DNA from: Oscillospiraceae bacterium | GTDB lineage: Bacteria; Bacillota; Clostridia; Oscillospirales; Acutalibacteraceae | NCBI GenBank assembly: GCA_031551875.1 | Contig: JAVBNA010000020.1 | Coordinates: forward strand, 2,167 to 66,166 | Direction: 5' to 3' | DNA length: 64,000 nucleotides | Shown: positions 28,405 to 37,584 of the stretch, piece by piece | Numbering within the stretch: the stretch's first letter is position 1 | How the letters are laid out: each line of letters begins with the position of its first letter | Program-made: the position numbers and the translations under genes | The notes under the pieces: generated by a model | Databases searched by the model: none | What the model saw: the letters and a program-made list of their open reading frames with translations, nothing else | What the model was told of the DNA's origin: nothing

Positions 28405-28701
28405 TTAGTCTTCCTTCTTAATGATCAATGAGCGAAGTACGCCGTCCGTAATCTTATAGATACGGTCGAGCTCGGCGGGGAATTCCGCGCCGCAGGTGAA
28501 GTTGTACAGGACATAATAGCCTTCCGCCTCTTTGTTGATGAGATAGGCGAGCCTGCGCTTGCCCCACTCGTCGACGCTGTTCATGGTGGCGTTGGCCTCA
28601 ATTAGATCCTTGAACTTCTGTACCATGGCTGCGACGCCCTCTTCTCCAAGCTTCATGGAAATCACGAGCACGCTTTCGTAGGTAACCTTTACATCTGCCA
28701 T
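28405..28701 (-). CDS. rpsF: 30S ribosomal protein S6
   Basis: 98 aa. YESVLVI...WGKRRLAY signature. Part of an rpsF-ssb-rpsR operon. Confidence 0.95.
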   Translation of the reverse strand: MADVKVTYESVLVISMKLGEEGVAAMVQKFKDLIEANATMNSVDEWGKRRLAYLINKEAEGYYVLYNFTCGAEFPAELDRIYKITDGVLRSLIIKKED

Positions 28702-28828
28702 TTTTGTGCACCTCCTTTTGGACGTATGGCCCCGGTGATCCGGAGCAAGGATTTGCCTCGACCCGTTGCTTTACGGGCGATAACTTTTATAGTATATCAG
28801 CACACGGGCGTTTCGTCAATCCTATTTT

Positions 28829-29704
28829 TTACAGGCTCCCGGCAATTTTTTTGAGGTATTCGGTAAAATCCGCCCCAATTTCAGGGTGACTGAGCGCCAC
28901 CTCCACCGCCGCCTGCATGATGCCCAGCTTGTTGCCCATGTCATAGCGAGTGCCGCTGTACTCCACACCCAGCATACCCTGTGCCCGCGCAAGCTCGCAC
29001 ATCGCGTCTGTCAGCTGAATCTCGCCGCCCGCACCGGGGGGCGTGTGCTCGAGAATGTCAAAGATACCGGGCGGCAGGATGCACCGCCCCAGAATCGAGT
29101 AGTTGGACAGCACTTCGTGAGGTGCCGGCTTTTCCACCATGTCGCTCACCTCAAACAGCCGGTCACGGATTGGCGCCAGCTTGAGAGAGCTGTACCGCCC
29201 AATGTCCTGCGCGGACACCTCCTTGATGCCCAGCACACCGCGCCCGAACTCCTCATACGCCGCACACAGCTCGGCGCAGGCCGGACGCTGTCCGCCGATG
29301 ATCACGTCGTCGCCGTACAGCACCGCAAAGGGCTCATCTCCCACAAAGTGCTTGGCGCACCAAACCGCGTGCCCCAGCCCCTTCGTCTCCTTCTGCCGGA
29401 TGAAATAAACGTTAGCGAGAGAGGAAATTCGCACAATCTCGTCATAGATTTCGGTTTTTTTCGTCGCGCACAGCCGCTCTTCCAGTTCAGGCGTGCGGTC
29501 AAAATGATCCTCAATGAGATCTTTTCCCCGGTTGGTAATAATCAGTATATCGGTGATTCCGGCGGCTGCGGCCTCCTCCACAATGAACTGGATCGCCGGA
29601 CGATCCACAATGGGCAGCATTTCCTTGGGCAGCGCCTTGGTGGCGGGCAGAACCCGGGTTCCCAGTCCCGCGGCCGGAATGACGGCCTTCCTGATTTTTT
29701 TCAT
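28829..29704 (-). CDS. galU: UTP-glucose-1-phosphate uridylyltransferase
   Basis: AVIPAAGLGTRVLPATKALPKEMLPIVDRP motif. Start at the ATG at 29704, after GGAG. Confidence 0.9.
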   Translation of the reverse strand: MKKIRKAVIPAAGLGTRVLPATKALPKEMLPIVDRPAIQFIVEEAAAAGITDILIITNRGKDLIEDHFDRTPELEERLCATKKTEIYDEIVRISSLANVYFIRQKETKGLGHAVWCAKHFVGDEPFAVLYGDDVIIGGQRPACAELCAAYEEFGRGVLGIKEVSAQDIGRYSSLKLAPIRDRLFEVSDMVEKPAPHEVLSNYSILGRCILPPGIFDILEHTPPGAGGEIQLTDAMCELARAQGMLGVEYSGTRYDMGNKLGIMQAAVEVALSHPEIGADFTEYLKKIAGSL

Positions 29705-29744
29705 GTCACCGCTCCTGTTCAAATTTCATAATACCCCGACCCTG

Positions 29745-30761
29745 TTATACAAACAGTACAGGCAGAAGATATGGCGCAATTACATTGCTAATCAGAAAAT
29801 AGCATAGGGCAATGCTCAGCACGACGGCAAAGTTAACGCCGCCCTGCTTTTTCAGTAAGAGCGGGATGTCCGCCGGGCTTTCTGCGGTGCGCGTGATGTC
29901 ACGCACCTTCCCGACACAGTGGTTGTAGTACAGCTTGTTGCTGACGCAGGCGCAGACAATGCCGATGCCAACAGCAAGCAGGAAAAGCGCCGCGGGAACC
30001 AGGAGCAGCAGATTCTCCTGCTGGCTCAGCTTGCTCCCCTCACTGTACAGGCGCATGATCGCTCCGCTGTCCGGCGGCTCGGTCAGGGAAATGCCGGCGC
30101 GCTCATAGATGCCGTTGAGCAGCGGCACCACATATGTAGCCTGGATGTAGAGCGTAGCCACGTGCAGCAACGCCATCGCCCCCGTGATCAGCGCGCCCAG
30201 CTTGTACATCTTCCGATAGATCATCCACACGCCCGAAAAAAACAGTGCGGCGAAATTGAAGCCGCCCCAGGTTTTTTGTTTTTCCATTTGCCCGAAGCGC
30301 CTCATATAATAGGCGGTGTTCTGTCCGACGAACTGCGCCACGTCCCCCGCCGACACTTCCCCGAACCGCTCGTCCGGCTGCACGCCGCCCATCGGGTCGG
30401 CCAGCCCTCCGTAACCGGGCGTCAGCGGCACGCTTGTCTCCCCCATCGGTACATGAGGCTGCCGGGGGGCGCTGCGCAGGCTGTCCCCGCCGCAAAACGC
30501 GCAGTGTTCTGCGCCCGCCTCGTTGGCTGCGCCGCATCGGTCGCAAACATATTCCATGTTGCCGTTGTCCGGACGCGTCCGTCGCTCGGGGCGCTTCCAT
30601 CCCTCTTCGGTGCCGTGCAGCGCCTCATAGTGGCAGTGACCCAGCTTGTTCCAGCAGTCCCTGTGATGGGGCGCACCGCAGGCCGGACAGGACACGACAT
30701 CGTCTCCGTCGGAAAAGGGAACGCCGCACGACGGGCACGACAGGCCTTCATATAAAAACAT
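29745..30761 (-). CDS. Membrane protein: RING-like binuclear zinc finger, zinc ribbon and DUF2628-like TM domain
   Basis: CPSCG..(12)..CPACGAPHHRDCW...HC, then CDRCGAANEAGAEHCAFCGG, then a YYMRRF...FNFAALFFSGVWMIYRKMY TM region. Confidence 0.65.
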   Translation of the reverse strand: MFLYEGLSCPSCGVPFSDGDDVVSCPACGAPHHRDCWNKLGHCHYEALHGTEEGWKRPERRTRPDNGNMEYVCDRCGAANEAGAEHCAFCGGDSLRSAPRQPHVPMGETSVPLTPGYGGLADPMGGVQPDERFGEVSAGDVAQFVGQNTAYYMRRFGQMEKQKTWGGFNFAALFFSGVWMIYRKMYKLGALITGAMALLHVATLYIQATYVVPLLNGIYERAGISLTEPPDSGAIMRLYSEGSKLSQQENLLLLVPAALFLLAVGIGIVCACVSNKLYYNHCVGKVRDITRTAESPADIPLLLKKQGGVNFAVVLSIALCYFLISNVIAPYLLPVLFV

Positions 30762-30775
30762 ATCTTTCCCCCGTT

Positions 30776-31693
30776 TTAAAATACCAGAATTTGTATGAGC
30801 AGAGCCACTGCGGCATTGAGCGCGACAAAGCAGGCAAACGAGACATAAGCGCTGCGCGCTTTGACGCCGCCCTTTTCACGGAGCATTACCAGCAGGTCGT
30901 CTGGGTTTGTCTCCTTGATTTTTGTGATCTGCCGGACACACCGTTTATAGTACAGTCGGTTGGCAAGAAAGCCCATGAGAAACATAATCCCGCCCAGCAG
31001 AAAAATCTGGAGAGCGCTCAAAAATAAATCCTCCACATAGCTTGCCGAGCCCGCGATATACAGCGCGGAAAAATAGCCCCGCACAAAGGAGGAGGCGATC
31101 ATCACGACAAAAAACACCGCACCGGGCAGAACCATTCCCCTGAAAAAGCACCAGAAGGCGCTTAAAAATGCGCCGGCATAGTTGAACACGCTCCGGCCGC
31201 CCTCTTCAATCTCCCTGAACCGGGGCAGGTAATAGCCGCTGCCCCGCCCGACATAGGCGGCCAGCTCCTCTACCGAATGGCCGCCGATGCGCTCCTTGGG
31301 GTCCATACCCGCACAGGGGTCAAGCGCAGCCTGAAGAAGGGAGTCGCCCTGTCCGGGAAAGGTAAAGGTTGCGGCAAAGGGCGGAATATCCGGACGGGTG
31401 GCGGGGGCACTTGGAAGCAGGTTCTCCCCGCATCGTTTGCAGAAAAACAGTGTGGTCTCATTTTCCTGCCCGCACACCGGACAGACAAGAACGTCGTCCC
31501 CGGGTTCTTCGTCCTCTTCACCGGCATACGCCTGCCAGGCTTTTCCCTCACTGTGCCGTTCGGCGAAAACGCACGCCCCCTGCTGCTCATAGCAGCACCG
31601 GTGGTGGGGCGCGCCGCAAGCCGGACACACCACAACGTCGTCGTCCTCAAGGAAGACCTTTTCGCACACCTGGCACTTTTGTCCAATCGGCAT
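30776..31693 (-). CDS. Paralog of 29745-30761 (RING-like zinc finger, zinc ribbon and DUF2628-like TM domain)
   Basis: CQVCE..(12)..CPACGAPHHRCCY...C, then CPVCGQENETTLFFCKRCGENL, then a YYLPRF...FNYAGAFLSAFWCFFRGM TM region. Confidence 0.65.
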   Translation of the reverse strand: MPIGQKCQVCEKVFLEDDDVVVCPACGAPHHRCCYEQQGACVFAERHSEGKAWQAYAGEEDEEPGDDVLVCPVCGQENETTLFFCKRCGENLLPSAPATRPDIPPFAATFTFPGQGDSLLQAALDPCAGMDPKERIGGHSVEELAAYVGRGSGYYLPRFREIEEGGRSVFNYAGAFLSAFWCFFRGMVLPGAVFFVVMIASSFVRGYFSALYIAGSASYVEDLFLSALQIFLLGGIMFLMGFLANRLYYKRCVRQITKIKETNPDDLLVMLREKGGVKARSAYVSFACFVALNAAVALLIQILVF

Positions 31694-31911
31694 ATCCGTT
31701 TACTTCCTCTCTTCGTTCCGGTCACACGTCGGGGAGCGCTCCGACACTTTCACCTCTCTCTATTTTATCATTTTTTCCCAATAGTTCAATTACCTGCCCT
31801 TCTTGTTTACAATTCGTTTATATTTGAGCGGTTATATCCTGTGCTGTCAGCCGTTGATTTGGGGCGTATTATAGGACATAAATTTTTCTGTTTTGAAAAA
31901 CACAGCCCGGA

Positions 31912-31940
31912 TTGATATTCTAAAAATAATCGTGTATAAT
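31912..31940 (+). promoter_or_regulatory. Sigma-A-type promoter TTGATA-17-TATAAT
   Basis: -35 at 31912-31917 and -10 at 31935-31940. Drives the leader that contains element copy B and the GT2 gene. Confidence 0.6.
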
Positions 31941-31959
31941 GTAAAAGATAATTTGTTAT

Positions 31960-32095
31960 TGTCGAACCAATTCAAAGACGAGACCGGATTTTTTGAGATT
32001 ATTTTTGTCATGCGAGGCGGACGGCGCAACCTTACTGCCGTAAGGCAGAAAGACAACGAGGCCGGGCGGAAAACAGGCCGAAAGGCGACTTTAAT
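31960..32095 (+). repeat. Conserved intergenic element, copy B (possible structured leader RNA or MITE-like repeat)
   Basis: Aligns to the reverse complement of 10460-10615. Hairpin CCTTAC-TGCC-GTAAGG carries a compensatory G:C to A:T change relative to copy A. About 50 nt upstream of the GT2 start. Confidence 0.6.
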
Positions 32096-32142
32096 TTGAA
32101 GTGGTTTCACAATATTATCATACTTCTGACGTTTGAGAGGGT

Positions 32143-33210
32143 ATGGCGGTGAATGCAGCTGTTTTGATTCCCTGTCTGAATCCACAGCAGACGACAATTG
32201 AATATGTATCCTCCCTGCTCGCGCTCGGATTTCCCTCTGTAGTTGTGGTCGACGACGGAAGTGAGCCCGAATGCAGCGAGGTTTTTGCCGCGCTGAGGGC
32301 GCTGCCTGGGTGCACCGTGCTGCACCATGACAGAAACAGGGGCAAGGGCCGCGCGCTCAAGACCGGCTTTACCCATTTCCAGACCGCCTGTAAGGGACTG
32401 TCCGGCGTTGTCACGGCATACGCCGACGGGCGCTACCGGCCGGAGGATGTGCTCACGGTGGCGCGTGCGCTTGAGCGCCTGTCCCCCGCCCTCATCCTCG
32501 GCGAACGGGACACAAAGGATAAAACACTGTCGGCGCTGACCCGCGCGGGAAACCAGGTGACCAGTGTCCTGCTCCGCGTGCTCTACGGCATATCGATCCA
32601 GGACTTCCAGACCGGCCTGAGGGGATACCCCGCTGAGCTGCTGGACAGGCTTCTCACCGTGTGGGGCGAGCGGTATGAATATGAGATCAACCTCCTGCTC
32701 GCATGCATCAAGCACGCCGTCCCCATCGAGCAGGTACCGGTAGGCTCAGCCTATTACAAAAACCTCGGATCGGTGTCCCACCGGATCAGCTCGACCTTTA
32801 TGACGCTGCTTCTGGTCGTCCAGTCCTTTTTACGCTTTGCCGCCTCCTCGCTGACCTCCTCCGCGCTGGATATCGGTCTGTTTGCCGTGATGACCAAGCT
32901 GGTTCTCACCCCCTCTTTCCCTTTTTATATTGAGCTGAGCACCATTGCTGCGCGCAGCGTGTCGGCCTCGGTCAATTTCTCCCTCAACCGGAAATTTGTC
33001 TTTGGCGGCCGGGGTGCGGGAAAGAAGGCGGCCTGCCGGTTTGTATTTCTGACACTCGCTCAAATGCTCGCTTCGGCGCTTCTTGTCAATATTCTGGTCA
33101 ACCTGACCGGCATTGACGAGGTGCTGATTAAGCTGGTGGTGGACGTCACGCTGTTTTTCATTAGTTATCAGGTTCAGCACCGCTGGATATTTGAAAAGAA
33201 AAAGAATTAA
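32143..33210 (+). CDS. Family-2 glycosyltransferase fused to a C-terminal GtrA-like membrane domain
   Basis: VLIPCLNP..., VVVVDDGSE and NRGKGRALKTGF motifs. C-terminal four-TM GtrA signature (SVNFSLNRKFVFGG). Start could be the GTG at 32149. Confidence 0.8.
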   Translation: MAVNAAVLIPCLNPQQTTIEYVSSLLALGFPSVVVVDDGSEPECSEVFAALRALPGCTVLHHDRNRGKGRALKTGFTHFQTACKGLSGVVTAYADGRYRPEDVLTVARALERLSPALILGERDTKDKTLSALTRAGNQVTSVLLRVLYGISIQDFQTGLRGYPAELLDRLLTVWGERYEYEINLLLACIKHAVPIEQVPVGSAYYKNLGSVSHRISSTFMTLLLVVQSFLRFAASSLTSSALDIGLFAVMTKLVLTPSFPFYIELSTIAARSVSASVNFSLNRKFVFGGRGAGKKAACRFVFLTLAQMLASALLVNILVNLTGIDEVLIKLVVDVTLFFISYQVQHRWIFEKKKN

Positions 33211-33239
33211 AAAATAGTTTTCCTGCTGCACATTCCCTA

Positions 33240-33269
33240 TTGACAATTGTGGCCATTCGGGACTACAAT
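33240..33269 (+). promoter_or_regulatory. Sigma-A-type promoter TTGACA-18-TACAAT
   Basis: Read directly. Upstream of the LtaS-like gene. A short hairpin with a T-run follows at 33294-33316. Confidence 0.5.
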
Positions 33270-33362
33270 GATCGTTGTCGAAAAAACGCGAAGAACCGCT
33301 GAATTTTGCGGTTTTTACTCAAGCGAATTATGATAATTTAGACCAGAAAAAGGGTATGACAG

Positions 33363-35741
33363 ATGAACAATGATTCCAACAGGCCCTCTCCCCGCCGGTA
33401 TGCCCCTTCAGACCGCACGCCTTCGGGTCGATATGCGTCCTCCTCCCATTCGGGACAATCCCGCGGCCAGTCCCGTCCGCGCCCGCCGCAAAGCCGAACC
33501 GACTCTGGGCGTCCCTATGCGTCAGACCGACGTCCGGGCGAACGCCCAGCGCCGCGGCCTCAGCCCTCCCCGCAGCGTCCCCGTCCCGAATATGACTTTG
33601 ACTATGAGGTCGAACACGCCCATACACAGCGGCCGCACCGCGAATCGACGCCGGTAAACCGCCGCGGACCCACGGGGATGGGAAATCAATCAAGCAGAGG
33701 ATATGCCCCATATGGCAGTGGCGGACGAGGCCCATCGCGTGCTTCCGCTTACCACTTTTCCATTGATCTGCGCATGGCCCTGCGGCTGTTCCTCTTCTTT
33801 TTGGCGTCTTTTTTCTGGCAGGAATCGATTTTCCGGATTTTTATCTACCAGAGCTTTTTTGACAGCGCCCTGATTTTCTCCACTTTCTTTTCTGTCGCGA
33901 CGGCGGCGCTGTTTGCCCTGTTTTCCACCTTCGGGAGTGCGCGAACCAACCGCCTTGTAGCGGTGATTCTGAGCTTTATTATATCCATGCTCTTTTGTAC
34001 GCAATACGTCTACTACGGCTTTTTCAAGGTGCCCCTCTCGCTTTACTCGATGGGGCAGGCCGACCAGGTCGCCCAGTTCGCCGGGGACATTATTTCGTAT
34101 ATATTTTCCAACCTAATCCAATTGATCCTTCTGCTGCTGCCCACCGTGCTGCTCTTTTTCGTCGGGCCGCGGCTGGAACTTTTTGAAAAAACCATTGTAA
34201 AGGAAAAGCTTCTGCTGGGCGCCGCAGCGCTGGGTTCTTTTCTGTTCACCACGCTGATCCTGGCTATTTTGGGTTCAAACAACCTTGCCCACTCGGTCTA
34301 CTTCAATATCAACGACGCCGACACCGCACAGCGCACGCTGGGCGTGGTCACGAACATGCGGCTTGACCTGACGCGATCGGTCTTTGGCTTTGAGGAGTAC
34401 ATCCCCGAAGAGGACTGGGGCGATGATGAGCCGCCCTCCCCGTCGGACACCGCCTCGGGCGGCAACACCTCAGACAACACCTCCTCCCTGCCCGAAACCA
34501 CCTATGAACCCAATATCATGTCCATTGATTTTGACCAGCTGATCTCCGACACCAAAAGCGACACGGTCAAAAAGATGCACGAGTATTTCAAGGACGTGGA
34601 ACCCACGCTGAAGAATGAATACACCGGCATGTTTAAGGACTGCAACCTGATCTTTATGACCTGCGAGGCGTTCTCGCGGCTCGCGGTCAGCGAGAAATAC
34701 ACACCCACCCTATATAAGCTGGTCAATGAAGGGCTGACCTTCAACAATTTCTATAATCCCGTTTGGAGCGTGTCCACCTCCGACGGTGAATACGTCGCCT
34801 GCACAGGCCTGATTCCCAAAAGCGGCGTATGGAGCTTCCACCTGTCCGGCAGCAATTCCATGCCCTTCTGTCTGGGCAATCAGTTCGGGAAGCTTCCCGG
34901 CTACGAGAAGCCGCGCGCGTGGCACAACCACACCTGGACCTACTACAAGCGAAACATCTCTCACCCCAACATGGGCTATGACTACAAGGGCGTCGGCCAT
35001 GGGCTGGACGTCAAAAAATCCTGGCCTGAGTCCGACCTCGAGATGATGGAAAAGACGCTGCCTGAGTATATTAATGCTGAGAAGTTCCACTCGTACTATA
35101 TGACGGTCAGCGGGCACATGCTGTACAGCTTCTCGGGCAACGCGATGGCTTCCAAAAACAAGGAGGCGGTTGCCGATTTGGGGCTTTCGGAGCAGGCACA
35201 GGCATACATTGCCTGTAACATTGAGCTGGACAAGGCAATGAAATATTTGATCGACCAGCTGGAGGCCGCCGGTAAGCTGGACAACACGGTCATCGTGTTC
35301 GGCGGTGACCACTACCCCTACGGCCTCGACAAAAGCGCGATCGACGAACTGGCCGGTCACACGGTTGAGCCCAACTTCGAGCTGTACAAGAGCTCCCTTG
35401 TGATCTGGAAAAACGGTATGCCCAAAACCGAAATCGACAAGCCCATTTCCAGCCTTGATATCCTGCCCACCATCTCCAACCTCTTTGGCCTGGAATACGA
35501 TTCCCGTCTGATGATGGGGCGTGACATTTTCTCCACCACGCCGGGGCTGGTTATGTTCAAGGATCGGAGCTGGCTGACCGACAAAGCGACCTACAACGCC
35601 AAGACCAAGGAAACCCAAAGCCTGAACGGCGAGCCGGTGGATGAGGATTATGTCAAATCCATCAACCGAGAGGTTTCCAACCGCTTCAAATATTCCACAC
35701 AAATTTTGGAAAATGACTATTACGCCAAGGTTTTCAAGTAG
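33363..35741 (+). CDS. LTA-synthase/sulfatase-family phosphoglycerol or alditol-phosphate transferase
   Basis: 792 aa. A ~120-aa Arg/Pro/Ser-rich N-terminus, a multi-TM block, and an extracytoplasmic sulfatase domain (NLIFMTCEAFS, WSVSTSDGEY, GGDHYPYG). Confidence 0.75.
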   Translation: MNNDSNRPSPRRYAPSDRTPSGRYASSSHSGQSRGQSRPRPPQSRTDSGRPYASDRRPGERPAPRPQPSPQRPRPEYDFDYEVEHAHTQRPHRESTPVNRRGPTGMGNQSSRGYAPYGSGGRGPSRASAYHFSIDLRMALRLFLFFLASFFWQESIFRIFIYQSFFDSALIFSTFFSVATAALFALFSTFGSARTNRLVAVILSFIISMLFCTQYVYYGFFKVPLSLYSMGQADQVAQFAGDIISYIFSNLIQLILLLLPTVLLFFVGPRLELFEKTIVKEKLLLGAAALGSFLFTTLILAILGSNNLAHSVYFNINDADTAQRTLGVVTNMRLDLTRSVFGFEEYIPEEDWGDDEPPSPSDTASGGNTSDNTSSLPETTYEPNIMSIDFDQLISDTKSDTVKKMHEYFKDVEPTLKNEYTGMFKDCNLIFMTCEAFSRLAVSEKYTPTLYKLVNEGLTFNNFYNPVWSVSTSDGEYVACTGLIPKSGVWSFHLSGSNSMPFCLGNQFGKLPGYEKPRAWHNHTWTYYKRNISHPNMGYDYKGVGHGLDVKKSWPESDLEMMEKTLPEYINAEKFHSYYMTVSGHMLYSFSGNAMASKNKEAVADLGLSEQAQAYIACNIELDKAMKYLIDQLEAAGKLDNTVIVFGGDHYPYGLDKSAIDELAGHTVEPNFELYKSSLVIWKNGMPKTEIDKPISSLDILPTISNLFGLEYDSRLMMGRDIFSTTPGLVMFKDRSWLTDKATYNAKTKETQSLNGEPVDEDYVKSINREVSNRFKYSTQILENDYYAKVFK

Positions 35742-35755
35742 CTCAGAATCAAATT

Positions 35756-35790
35756 AAGCAGCGCCCCCGGCAAAGCCGGGGGCGCTGCTT
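35756..35790. terminator. Bidirectional terminator between convergent genes
   Basis: AAGCAGCGCCCCCGGC-aaa-GCCGGGGGCGCTGCTT. T-rich on the + side. Confidence 0.85.
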
Positions 35791-35820
35791 CTGTTCCTTT
35801 TTTATATTGGGCAGCCTGAA

Positions 35821-37584
35821 TTAATGGCTTGCCAGCAGCTCGGAATAGGTGATGAATTCATAGCCCTCCGCCTTGAGGGTGTCAATGGCACGCAGAGCGC
35901 CCTTTACGCTGGTTTCGTACAGGTCGTGCATCAGCACCACGTCTCCGCTCTTCGCCGTGTTGATGATGTGGTTGTAGACATGATCCTCGTTGCGGTATTT
36001 CCAGTCGTTGGTATCCACCGACCAAAGCACCATTTTCAAGCTTTCGGGCACAAAATTGTTTTTATACATGCCTCCCGGCGGGCGGAAGAGGGTTGGGCGT
36101 TTGCCTGCGTATTTTTCTATGACATCGTTTGTGTCCTTGATCTCCTTTTCAAACTGCTTGGCAGACATCTTCGTGATATAGGTGTGCGACCAGGAGTGGT
36201 TGGCCACCTCCTGTCCTTCCTCGCCCATGCGCTTGACCGTGTCCTTGTAGCGTCCCACGTTACAGCCCAGCATGAAGAAGGTAGCGCGCACGCCCCGCTT
36301 TTTCAGTCCGTCTAACAGCCCCGCTGTATATTTACTCGGCCCGTCATCAAATGTAAACACAACCACCTTTTTGCCACCGGTGTCCTTGAATCCGCGATAG
36401 ATCTCCATCGAAAATTTCTTGGAAAAAGGTTTGCTGTCCTCACGGCCCTCCGACTTGCAGAACGCCTTGATTGTGGTGGCCTTTTTGATTTCAATGCTGA
36501 TTTTCTTCTTTGTGGACTGGGATTGCCCAGTCGGATCAGAGCCGTCCAGCGTGTAATAGACAACCGCATCCTCCGAGGGCGGCGTAATGTCGACCACGAG
36601 CTTTTCCGTGGTGCTCTTTTCCACATTTTCCTTAATTTTGGGAAGTCCTGTGCGGATCTGATAGCTGGCCTGCGAAACACCGCTCGGATTCTCCGATGGC
36701 CGCACGGCAACCATCTTTACCTCGCCTGCGTGTGTAAAGGTAAGCTTCTCGCCTCCGCGCACCTGCTCGGAATACATGTCCGGTTCAGAGCCGTCGGTCG
36801 TGTATAGAAAATAGGTGTCCCTGTCCGCATCCTCAAGAGGGACTTCCACCTCACCGTCATAGTCGCCCGCCTTGGGCAGCACCGACACGTCGGACGTGGT
36901 CACAGTCGCCGTAACAATGGTATATTCCTCCGATGCCGGCTCCTCGACCTCATCCCCGCCGATGAAGGTCTGTACCGTGAGCACACCGGACGAAATGAGA
37001 GCCAGGGGTTTATCTTTGGCAATGACCGGAGAGTCTATGCCGGGCTGACTTCCGTCCAGCGTGTAGTGAATCTCCGCGTCGGCCGCTTTGCACTCGGCAT
37101 AGATGACCTGTGCGCCCTGGTAGGTGCCGCCAGCAAGGCTGATCACGGGCGCATAGGGCGGCCGCGGCTTGATTTCATAGGTTTGGCTGACCACACCGCT
37201 GTCCAGCCTGCCCGGGCTGACCGTAAACGCTTTCAGCGTGGTGGTCTTGTCCAGCGTAAGCGTAATGCTCGAGTCGGTAAATTCCGATTGGTCGGATGGT
37301 TTGGAGCCGTCGAGGGTATAATAAATTTTGCCACCGTCGGGCGCTTTGAGCTCCACCTGCACCGATTCGACGTAAACACCGCCCGGCAGAACTCTCGGCT
37401 CGGACGCAAACACAAAAAAAGTAATTGCAAAAAAAATACCCAGGGATAAAAGAACACAACACAAAATAACAAGCGTGCGCACTGAGCCGCTCATCGGTCT
37501 TTTTGCCGCCAGCCTGGCTGGCATCCGTTTTCCGCCCGCCCGGTACCGGTTCACGGGCATCCTTCTATTTTGCATCATTTCCAT
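35821..37584 (-). CDS. Polysaccharide deacetylase (NodB) with four N-terminal chitobiase/hexosaminidase-C-like Ig repeats
   Basis: N-terminal TM anchor. Four Y(Y/T)(L/T)DGS.P repeats. NodB motifs TFDDGP and HSWSH. Confidence 0.8.
   Translation of the reverse strand: MEMMQNRRMPVNRYRAGGKRMPARLAAKRPMSGSVRTLVILCCVLLSLGIFFAITFFVFASEPRVLPGGVYVESVQVELKAPDGGKIYYTLDGSKPSDQSEFTDSSITLTLDKTTTLKAFTVSPGRLDSGVVSQTYEIKPRPPYAPVISLAGGTYQGAQVIYAECKAADAEIHYTLDGSQPGIDSPVIAKDKPLALISSGVLTVQTFIGGDEVEEPASEEYTIVTATVTTSDVSVLPKAGDYDGEVEVPLEDADRDTYFLYTTDGSEPDMYSEQVRGGEKLTFTHAGEVKMVAVRPSENPSGVSQASYQIRTGLPKIKENVEKSTTEKLVVDITPPSEDAVVYYTLDGSDPTGQSQSTKKKISIEIKKATTIKAFCKSEGREDSKPFSKKFSMEIYRGFKDTGGKKVVVFTFDDGPSKYTAGLLDGLKKRGVRATFFMLGCNVGRYKDTVKRMGEEGQEVANHSWSHTYITKMSAKQFEKEIKDTNDVIEKYAGKRPTLFRPPGGMYKNNFVPESLKMVLWSVDTNDWKYRNEDHVYNHIINTAKSGDVVLMHDLYETSVKGALRAIDTLKAEGYEFITYSELLASH

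Noticed and set aside
32107-32715. 202-aa minus-strand ORF overlapping the start of the GT2 gene
   Set aside because: The opposite-strand frame carries clear GT2 motifs (VVVDDGS, NRGKGRA). This ORF has no motif and no plausible RBS.
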